DNA from: Lama guanicoe
Lineage: Eukaryota
Assembly (NCBI GenBank): GCA_013239625.1
Contig: MU055456.1
Location: 1,424,403 to 1,488,402 of the forward strand
DNA: 64,000 nucleotides
Direction: 5' to 3'
The number at the start of each line of letters is the position of its first letter. The first letter of the stretch is position 1. Below the pieces are notes generated by a model that searched no databases, was not told the origin of the DNA, and saw only the letters and a program-made list of their open reading frames with translations. Positions 54,632-64,000 of the stretch are shown here, piece by piece. Position numbers and translations under genes: made by a program.

Positions 54632-56554
54632 CAGTAAATTCTCAACTGAAGAAAGAGGTGAAGAGGCTATACTACGGACAATTTGTGCAAAAGGTTAGAG
54701 AAGGGAAACCCCAATGTCCCGGAGTAAAAGCCAGATGCCAAGTCCTGTTAGGCGGGCTTAAGGAAGTGGGTCCCACAGAAGACCCTGCCCTGTGTCTCCT
54801 TACGGAGACTGGGACGCTTTGCGGAAAGGCCGCTGAGCGGGCGTGCGGCCTGTCCTCGGAGGCGCAGCAGGAGGAGAGGCATTTCGAGGCGAGAGGTCTG
54901 TATGAACAGAGACCAAGAGAAGGCCCTGGGAAGAGTTACCGCGCACCTGCCTGCGCAGCAGCTCGCCCCAGTCTTGGGGCCCCCAAGCCTGGGGTCTGCA
55001 GAGGAGGATTCCCAAGGGCCAAGCTCTCAGCCTCCTGGGTCCAAGGTAACGAGGAGCAGAGAGGGAGCAGGGTCCGAGTCTCAGAGGGACGGTTCTCAGC
55101 AGGCATGCAGCCACCTGACTTTCTCCGCAGCAGGCAGAGAGATGAGGACATCCAGGAAGTCACTGGGACTCCATAAACACAGGGCCACGGCCTGATTCAG
55201 CCGTCCCAAGCCTCCTGGCATGGGGAGCAGTCACCCCACTCAGGGTCCAGGCGTGCCCCCCACTGGCATGGCTGCCCTGTTTCCATATCAGTCACACCAA
55301 AGCTGTGACTCTGTCAGCATGTCTTTAACAAGGCTCAATCATCCTGGCAGAGGCCTGTCATGGTAACTCCTACCCTGAGATAGTATTTTTCTCAAAAGAC
55401 CCAATCCTTTATAATCCAAGTGCTGACCAGTCAGGTCTTACTCAATGACAGACAGCTTTCCCCATAAGGGCCAAAAAAGTCCTCTGCCACATCAAGGGCA
55501 AAGTTCCTCATGCACACGCCACACCCCAGAGGGTCAAAGTAACGCCAAGCCATGGGAACGCAGCCAACACCTCGGCGGCCTGGAAAGATAAGACTGAGGG
55601 CTCGAAACCCGACAGCCCTTCTGAAACCAGGTGTGCACCCAGCCAAGCAGAGTGGGGAACAAGCTACAGCTCAGAAAGTGGTCACTCACATCAGGATGTT
55701 TCCAAAGGAAGCCACAGTCCTGCCTACCTTTTGTCTAACACTAACCTTACCTTCCAGATCTGTCTCCCTGGTGCCAAGCCATGTGCGCCCACCCCGCTGT
55801 GTCCAGGGACATGGCTAATTCATTTCTACTCTGCCTTCACCTTCCTCAGAAATCCCGGCCTCAAGTTTCCAAGGCAGCTCTCAGTGCACACACACGACAT
55901 TCCCTGAGATCAAGAAAGCTCTACTTACCTTGGAAGGTCCTTCCTTCCACGAGCGAGAAGCTGCAGTGTGCTGCTACATGAGCAGAGTCCAGGGAAAAGG
56001 AAAACCCGAGTCTCCGCAAAAGGTCCAAGATCAGACGCCCCAGAAGCCTGCCTTCCGGAACTGCATCTCCCTCTCTCATTTACATACACAGTGAAGTCAT
56101 TTCCAACCAACGCCCTCAGGAGTCGAGGCCCAAATCTCCTTTTAGGGCATTACTCACTTATAGATTAACTACCTTGGGAAAGAACAGTGTGCAGAAGCTA
56201 TAAAACCAGAAACCAGGTTCTTTGCTCTGGTCCTATTTTTATTTGGGAGAAAAACCTACCTTGAGCCAGAGATGGGATTGTAGGCACAGGCTTTCACTTA
56301 AACCTTGAGCTCTGCTTGCTTCTCTGCTGAAAACTGCCCTCAGTTATTACTTACCATTCAGTGAGCATTTATTGAACCAGCTACTATATATGACTTGTCT
56401 CATGAAGAAGTGTATGGTTTGGCAAGGACAGAGGCATATAAACAAATATTTATAATACAATACTGATAAGTTACAATACATCTATATCAGAGCAGAGGAG
56501 GACACACTGCCTGGGGGAGGCAGCCATGGATGTGTCCCTCATCCCCCTCCAGAG

Positions 56555-57785
56555 TGGCTACAATTAAAAAGACCGAGGACTGACAAAGACTAAGACTAAG
56601 GAAGAACTGGAACTCTCAGGATAGAAAATGGTGGGCAGAACAACGGACCTCCAGAGATGTCCATGTTCTAATCCCTGGAACCTGTGAAAACCTTTTATGA
56701 CAAAAAGGTCTTTGCAGCTGTAATTCAGTTAAGACTCTTGAGATGGAGAGATTAGCCAGGACTTTCCAGGTCGGCTGCATGTAATCACAAGGAAGATAGG
56801 AAAGTTTGAGTAAGCGGGAAGAGATGTGACAATGGAAGCAGAAGTTGGAGAGAAAAACTACAATGCTATGCTGCTGGCCCTGACGATGGAGGAAGGGGTC
56901 ATGAGCCAAGGGATGCAGGCAGCCTCTAGCAGCTGGAGGGGGCAAGGAAATGGATTCTCCCCTAGAGCCTCCAGTAGGGCGTTGCCAACACCTTGATTTT
57001 AGCACTCCTGGCTTTCCAAATTTTAAGATAATAAATTCATGTTGCTATAAGCCATTAAATTTGTAGTAATTTGTTATAACGGCAATAGGGAACTACTTCC
57101 AATTTGGCTCTATCTGCTAAAGCCGAACATATGCCTACCTTCTGACCCAGTCATTCAACTCCTAGGTATGTATGCAACAAAAATGCCTGTGTATGGGCAC
57201 CAAGAGATGTGTACAAGTACGTTCATAGCAGTTTTAGTTAAAAGAATACAAAACTGGAAATAACCCAATTGTCCATCAGCAAAGGAATGGATAAAACAAA
57301 TTGTAGTATGTATAGTCACAATGCAGAATTACTCAGAAATAAAAAGAAATGACCCACTGATAACTGAAATATGGGTGAATCTTAAAGACATAAGTTTGAG
57401 GAAAAAAAAAACAGACACAAAAAAAGCATATACTTGATGAGTTCTGGAGATGGATGGTGGTGATGGCTGTACAACATGAATGTACTTAATGCCACTGAAC
57501 TGTACATTAAAAATGGCTAAAATGGTCAAGTTTATGTCATGTGTATTTTGCTGCAGTAAAAATGTGCATACTATAAAACTATTTTAGTGAAGCTCAAAAC
57601 AAGCAAAACTAATCTACAGTGAAAAGAGGCGAGAACAATGGTCACCTTTGGGGGTTGCTGTCTAGGAGGAGACACAAGGGAGACTTCTGGGTGCTGGAAA
57701 TGTTTAGTTTCTTGATCTGGGTGTTGGTTACATGGGTATATATGTAAACATTCATCAGACTGTACGCTTAAGATCTGTGCACTTC
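56555..57785 (+). mobile_element. Old L1 (L1ME/L1MC-type) 3' region carrying a nested MLT1D LTR and a short L1MB 3' end (about 57437-57560)
   Basis: tgacccagtcattcaactcctaggtat; aaactggaaataacccaattgtccatcagc; ttctgggtgctggaaatgtt...atctgggtgttggttacatggg. Confidence 0.75.
56627..57097 (+). mobile_element. MLT1D (ERVL-MaLR) solo LTR
   Basis: tggtgggcagaacaac...gatgtccatgttctaatccctggaacctgtgaa ... gatgcaggcagcctctagcagctgga ... gtaatttgttataacggcaatagggaact. Confidence 0.85.
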
Positions 57786-57859
57786 GGTTTCCAAACGCCA
57801 ACCCCAAGTTTATTTGCACATGACTTGATCTACCTGAATTAGTGTTATCAACACTGTGA

Positions 57860-58440
57860 TGGAAATGGAAGAGAAACAAAAGCCCACCGAAAGTGTGTGT
57901 GGTTGGGAAAGGCTTCAGGGAAGAGGTGAGGTGTGAGCCGAGTACTGAAGGGTGAACGTGGCAGACTCCGCGAGGAAGGGAGTTCTGGACACAGGGAAGA
58001 ACACGCACATGGGCAGCGAGGCGCTAGCGGATGTAGAGTTTGATTGACACTCCCGGCTAGGGGCAATCAGTGGCCAGAGAGAGGGGGCTGGAGGGGCAAG
58101 CGGGAGCCCCATCGCAACACATCCAACCTGGGAAACCCCAGCAGCAGTTAAGACTGTGCTTGTGCGAGGCAGACACCAGAGGAGGTTAAGCAAGAGAGTG
58201 ACATGATGGATCCAGCCAGGGCGGGTGACCTGGACAGAGATCCCTAAGGCTCTCATGATAATGGTCAGGCCTGAGATGACAGAGTCTGACCCAGGCACTG
58301 GCAATGTGGATGGGGTCATGAGAGACGGAGGCAGAAGCCTCCCTGTCTTGGTTGAAATGGTGGAGGGGGAGGAGAGTGGAAGGCTGGTAAGTCTGTTAGT
58401 TAAGCGGACTACCCTTCCCTCTGCCTCCTGGGTCGGCACT
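57860..58440 (-). mobile_element. L2 fragment
   Basis: ggaaaggcttcagggaagaggtgagg...; ggaggttaagcaagagagtgacatgat. Confidence 0.6.
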
Positions 58441-59334
58441 GGAGGATCACAGTATCTCAGAGCTGGAAAGCACTGATCAGATTACCTAGTGTACTATCTC
58501 ACTCACAAGCAGCTGAGTTCCTCCACGGGCCACACGTGAGGCCAGAGTTGTGAGGAGCACGGTGGACAACAGAGCGAAGGCTCATGTACTTTCGTGAGCA
58601 CGTCCTAGCAAAGAGGGAAAGTGATCCATTCAGCGGTGGTGCTCAACGCCCTCCCACCGCGGAGTTCCCTGGCCTCGGCCTGCACTCTCAGTCCCTGCCA
58701 ACCTCTTGGTGGAAAAGTTCTCCACATGGCGCACCCAAACCCTGCACAGCTCATGGTTTCATCTAATGATCTGGTAATGCCTTCTAAGTCAACCTGGTTT
58801 CTCCTCCAACCAAGTTATATGACCAAACCTGAGGCAGAGACAGAGAGGGTACCCCAGGGCCACCAGGAGCCAGAAGTCAGTCTTGGCTAGTAGGTTCTAC
58901 CATGGCCCTAGAGGCCTGATATGAACCACAGGAGCTAAGGGCCGGTTCTGTTCCTGGTGGCCTGAGCACACCTGAGAGGGGGTGAATGAGAAGTACCAAA
59001 TACCAGAGCTTGTAAGGGAGAAACCAAGAACAGATAGGTCTGAAGCAACTGGTATGAGACCCAAAATGCACTCTTCATTTCTGATCCCATCTGGCAAGGT
59101 CAGTTAACATCTAGTTAACTGCACAGCCCAATTCAGAAACCACTACCATGTGGCTATTTAAATTTAAATCATTTAAAATCAGATACAATGAAAACTCCAG
59201 CACTCAGTAACCACACGTGGCAGGTGGCTACCATTTGGAAGAGAAGTAGAACAGAACAGTTTTCTATTGGACGGCTCTGTGTATGGTACCTCCCGCTTGA
59301 ACTGGCCTGATCATAAAAGGCACTCACTCTGAAA

Positions 59335-59378
59335 TCATCTTTACACACCTTTACACATCATCTTTACACATCTTTACA
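59335..59378. repeat. Short imperfect tandem repeat of (ca)tctttaca, 4 units
   Basis: catctttacacacctttacacatcatctttacacatctttaca. Confidence 0.8.
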
Positions 59379-61334
59379 AAAGTGGCAAGAATCCTTTTAA
59401 TTTTTAACTAACAAAGATAAAATTATGCACCACAAAGGACATTCCACACTCCTTAGTAGAAAGGCCCTGGGTCCTTGTGGGTCTCTCAGTCAAAACGGAA
59501 AGAAAGTAAAAGACAAGTTAGAGAAATGAAAGCTGAACAGAGTAGAGTGAGACAGTCCACTCTGCTCTCCTGACTGTTCTGCTATAAAAAGAGTTAATCT
59601 CAGTCTAGAAGATTAGGGATATGTAGAAATTAATGGACCATTAATAAGAAGCAATTATTCTTTAGAAATAATTCGTGACTGAAGAAAAAATCCAGTGAAG
59701 GGGAAATTTAGGTGAGTGAGGAGCGGGGAAAAGGAAAGCAGGAGCACGTTTTGCAGGAAGAAAACTGCAATTAGAATCAGTAATTTTTTAAAATATGAAA
59801 CTAAATCTGCTTAAATAATAATGGTTACCTAGCTAATGAAAATGATCCCTGTTAAACTTTGTTCACAACACATAACTATACTGGGGGAAAAACTATCCAA
59901 GTGCACGGAAAGCTTCCACTGAAGGCTGTCATAATATTTCACCACCGTCACCCTTGACTGGTGCTCAAGAAAACTGAACACACACAGTTAATAGAACAGA
60001 GAAGAGTAAAATCTGCTAAGAGGGGACACTAGCTCCATGCACAAGGACAGCTGCCTCTCTAGTAAGTGGAAAGCTGAAAATGCGACCTATGTGCAACGGG
60101 AAGAGAACAGACAGGAATCCTGTGTGTGCATGTGTGTGTTTGGGGGGGGGTGTTTTTAAAAATGAGCACAGCAGAAGAATCCTGTTTTGCCCAGTTTACA
60201 ATTCAGATGATTATTTGAAGTTAAGGGCACATATTAGGGTGTTGTTTTGAAACAAAGACACAGAGCACTGCTTAAAAAGGCCTTGCAGTGCCTGATGAAA
60301 AACTCAAGCTGCAAGGAAAAACTCTCCTGCTCTGTATTTATTTATTTCAGGTATTCATCTTATGCCCTCCTCTCTCCCTCCTTCTGTTTATATAAAATAC
60401 AGCAGAAATAAATACAAAAAATGGGCGAAAAAGAGAAAACCAAGAGTAGGGATAGGAAAATGGAGCTAAAAAGGAAGTTAATCCAATAGGTCTACCACAG
60501 CAACTGGGGTTGCACACTGGTTGACTTGCTAAACCAACAGTTAACTCTTAAAAACTCGGCGTCAAAGGTGAAAACAGACCAACTGCTCAGGAGGGGGAGG
60601 ACAGCTCGGTCTGGGCAGGGACCCGTCCTGCTGGTTAACTGGCCCTGCCCAGCAAGTTCCCCTAAAGCCAGTGCCAGCTCTCTCCCAGAACTGAACCTAA
60701 GACAGGGAGGTAGGACCAGCCGTTGAATTTACTGGAACTATCCAATAATGTGGTCCCCAGAGTTAGGGGGTCTGTCTTGTCAGCCAACTGGAACCTGTTG
60801 AGCACAACCAGAGAAGGGCGCTAGGAAGGCACGACACTAGCCTTGGGGGGAAATGACCAGACGTGCCCCCACAAAGCCATCCTAACCCAGCCCGGCAGAA
60901 CCCACACCGCAGAGGGGCTTCCCCACTGCACCTGACACTGAACCTGAGGGAGCCTGAGCTGGCGAACACTGCTCTCTCCCCCACTCACTGTTCCATCAGC
61001 ATTATACCCCACTTTCCCTCAATAACAGCCCAACATTTACCACCAAGTCAAGCCCACCCCCTTTCCACAGCCTGTCAGGTCCCCGAGAAAACCACGTGTG
61101 CGAGGGCCTCAGCACCTGCCCACGCCGGGGAAAGCACAAGGTCCAGCCCGGCTGCTGTACTGCAGGGGAGACCTTTTGATCAAAGAGTCTTTCCACTTCC
61201 ACCAAGCACACCCACACAAGAGCTCAAGGATGGACTGAACACCACAGCGTAAACTCTTGTTCTTCATACCACACTCGGCAGCACGGTGACTGCACTCAGT
61301 ATCACGGTGCCCTTTGTGACCACCCGGCTCATTC

Positions 61335-61692
61335 TAGACCAACAGAACTTTCTGCCATTATGGAAATGCTTGAGATGATCGATGTCCAATACGCCAGCCA
61401 TGAGCCACAGCTGGCTGCTGAGCACTTGAAATGTGACTAGTCCAAATAGAGATGTGCTGGAAATGCTAACGCCACACTCGTTTTGGAAGACTTGGTGCAA
61501 AGAATAGAGAGAGATCTCTATTAACATTCTTTATATTAATTACATGTTGAAATGACAATATTTTAGATATACTGGGTTAAAATTTGTATTATTATATTAA
61601 TTCATCTATTCCTTTTTACTTTTTTAGTGCAGCTATTAGAAAATTTAGGATTATATAGGCAGCTAGCATTGTGTTTGTATTAGCCAGCACCA
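61335..61692. mobile_element. MER33-like hAT-Charlie MITE
   Basis: gagcacttgaaatgtgactagtccaaatagagatgtgctg...attacatgttgaaatgacaatattttagatatactgggttaaa. Confidence 0.8.
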
Positions 61693-62759
61693 ATCTACAC
61701 TATTATTTAGTAGTTTTCTTTAAATTGAGTTTTTTTCATTTTTTATTTATTCTAAAAATATTCATGAAATTAGCTTGATGTACTAGTTGTATTTTTACAA
61801 TACAATGAAAGAATCCACAGGATTATTAATCCAAAATTGAAAAGATAAGTTTGCCCATGTGTAACCTAAAACCCTCTTGTGTACCACACCCTTTGGGAGA
61901 TGCTGGCCCTGGGCAGACCTGTTCAGGGTGTGGCCTGTGGACTGGTGCCACTCTCCTTATTGTTCGTTGTCATCCACAGTAAGGACATAAATTGACAGCA
62001 CGGACTTAGAAACACAGCAATTTGACACTAATCTGATATCCATTCATCACTTGGAATCTAATATCTAATCTGATATTTAAAAATTGGGACCTGTATTTTC
62101 CATGTCTTGTATATTTTATTTTCCCAGTAAGTCTTTTAAACAATATTGTAACAAGATATTGGTCAACATTGGAAATTAAAGGAAAAAACTCAAACTGGTC
62201 CTTCACCAGAGTTTCACCAAAGACACACTGGTCTAGAGTTAAAGAGCATCTCCCACGGGCCTCCAGAGTGATGATCCAAGAGCTGCAATCCTCAGTCACA
62301 GCCAAAGCAGTGCCCTAGTAGAGGACAGCTTACTGAGATCTTCCAGAACCCAACATAAAAGCTAGCAAAGAGAGGACGGTGGGTTAACCAGCAATTCTGT
62401 TAATGGAACTTCTCTTCCTCTAAGCATTTCTTTTGATAAAATTGTTGCTGTACTTCGAAGAAATGAGGGACCTTGCTACCTTTGGGGAGAAAAATAACTG
62501 TGTACTAAGGAAAAGGCACACAAGACCCTTATAAAATGTGGATCAACAGTAGTGACACAGATCTTGAAAGGAGTACAGAAAACATGGGAGGCACGACCCA
62601 TGTGCAAAAGGAGTTTGTTGTAATCTAGCTGGGAAGGCACAGAAGTTAAAAAGACTTAATTTGGGGGTCAGACACACTTAGGTGTGAGTCCTGGCTTGCC
62701 ACTTACTGTGTGACCTTGAGCAACTTACTTAACCTCTCTTAATTTCAATGTCCTTACTT

Positions 62760-63160
62760 GTTATAGTAGAGAATCTCCAAAAAGGGAGACTCCTCCCCTC
62801 CCAGCAGGCGCTTACCACGCCTCACCTCAAGAAGTGCAATCTACCTTCCCTCTCCTTGAATCTGGGCTGGCTTTGTGACTTGCTGTGACCACCACATGCA
62901 GCAGAAGGGACGTTCCAGGACTTCTAAGCCCAGGCCTCCAGAGAAGCGGCAGCTTCCGCTTCCTGGCTCCTGAAGCACAGCCGCCACACCGTGAGGCGGT
63001 GCGGGACACGCTCCCTGCGGAGACGCCCGGACCGGAGAGGCCCAGCCGGACTCCCAGCTGACAGCACACCGAGCGCAAGAACCACTCAACTGAGCCCAAC
63101 CAACCCCCTGGACGGTGAGAAACAGCTAAGTTCACGGTGTTGTGATACACAGGACTAGAT
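62760..63160 (+). mobile_element. MLT1-family LTR (GC-shifted), preceded by a MIR (about 62655-62760)
   Basis: ctccttgaatctgggctggctttgtgacttgct...gcagcagaagggacg...gacttctaagcccaggcct...actcaactgagccca. Confidence 0.7.
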
Positions 63161-63384
63161 AATGGCAGCATCGCTAAAATGAGAATAAAAACAGTACAGA
63201 GGGTGGCTGCGAGCAATCAAGCAAATAACGCACGACAAGGGCTCCCAATGGTGCTTGGCACAGAAAGCTCAACCAGGAGGAGCTGAAAGGAAGGCGTGTG
63301 CAGGATGTAGCTACAGACTGCCTGGAAGGTTCCAGGCAGGTTCGGAGGGCCCTGCGGGCCACGAGCGGCGGATGCTGAGGCGGC

Positions 63385-63780
63385 GAAGAGACGAGGCTGT
63401 GCAGCGAGAGCGAGCACTGGACCCGAAGGCCGGAGCGCGCAGAGTGACGGCTTCTAAACCCACGCTACTGGAGGCCCACCTGCGGACTTGCGGGCAACCA
63501 CACCGTACGTGCGCACCAAGTCCGCCACGGCAGAAGCCGAGAGGTTTCCAGAGACAGCGGAGAGGGGTGGCCGCCTGGGCCCGGGGAGCGGGCGGCGAGG
63601 GGGGATGGGGAACGCCGGCTGCTGGGCAGGGGCCTTCTCTGCAGGGTGATGAAAATGGCCTAAGATCGACCGTGGTGATGACTGTACAACTGTGTAAACA
63701 TACTGACAACCGCTGAATTGTGCATTTTAAATGGGTGAAATGTCTGCTATGTGAACGTTGTCTCAATAAAGCTATCATTA
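63385..63780 (+). mobile_element. L1MB-type 3' end (strongly GC-shifted)
   Basis: gggtgatgaaaatg...gtggtgatgactgtacaac...ttttaaatgggtgaa...tctcaataaagct; homologous to the copy at 50922-51152. Confidence 0.7.
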
Positions 63781-64000
63781 TACAAACAGGCAAGGGGAGG
63801 GTAAACTTAAGAGGCTGAGATGACAAAGGAGCAAGAAGCATTCCACAGGGTTGTCTTGGGGCTACAAGATGCCAGGCATGGAGTGGAAAAGCAGTTCTCT
63901 TCAGGTAGTGCATGAACCCGGCGCCAGCCAAGAGCTATGTACCCAGGGGACAGTCCTGCCATCCGAGGGATCACAGACACGTGGTGTGACTGCCGTTCCC

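Noticed and set aside
54658-55195. Several overlapping ORFs up to 172 aa
   Set aside because: GC-rich stop-poor sequence open in several frames on both strands, with no recognisable domain or splice structure.
59335-59378. Short direct repeats as a CRISPR-like or regulatory array
   Set aside because: Four abutting ~10-nt units without spacers in a mammalian intron; a simple tandem repeat.
63255-63931. 153-aa and 206-aa overlapping ORFs, and the idea that this CpG patch is MAP7D2 exon 1
   Set aside because: The sequence is a GC-shifted L1 3' end; there is no peptide resembling the MAP7D2 N-terminus.

Overview
Mammalian (eutherian) genomic DNA; the L1 3'-end style and the absence of Alu, BovB/Bov-tA, PRE1, CanSINE or ERE suggest a camelid, by inference. 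The whole window lies inside one minus-strand gene, MAP7D2 (MAP7 domain-containing 2; X-linked in human). Eight coding exons can be read directly between 24992 and 5319, with phase-compatible splice sites, one GC-AG donor and two frame-preserving cassette exons. The first exon lies beyond 64000 and the C-terminal exons lie before position 1, so 24993-64000 is intron 1. The rest is interspersed repeats (MIR, L2, old L1 3' ends, MLT1 LTRs, MER5A, MER20, MER3/33, MER8, a two-LTR MER21-type provirus) and four N gaps. Almost all ORFs in the supplied track are spurious. I see no evidence for a new multi-gene system. The best leads are: (1) a 328-nt TSD-flanked element made only of an L1 5' end fused to an L1 3' end at what looks like a splice junction; (2) two unannotated-looking in-frame micro-exon candidates with identical G|GTGAGTAAAC donors flanking the 123-nt cassette exon; (3) a cassette exon that regenerates a 5' splice site; (4) local AT-to-GC drift of ancient repeats. 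Repeat family names and human protein comparisons are from memory, not database searches.
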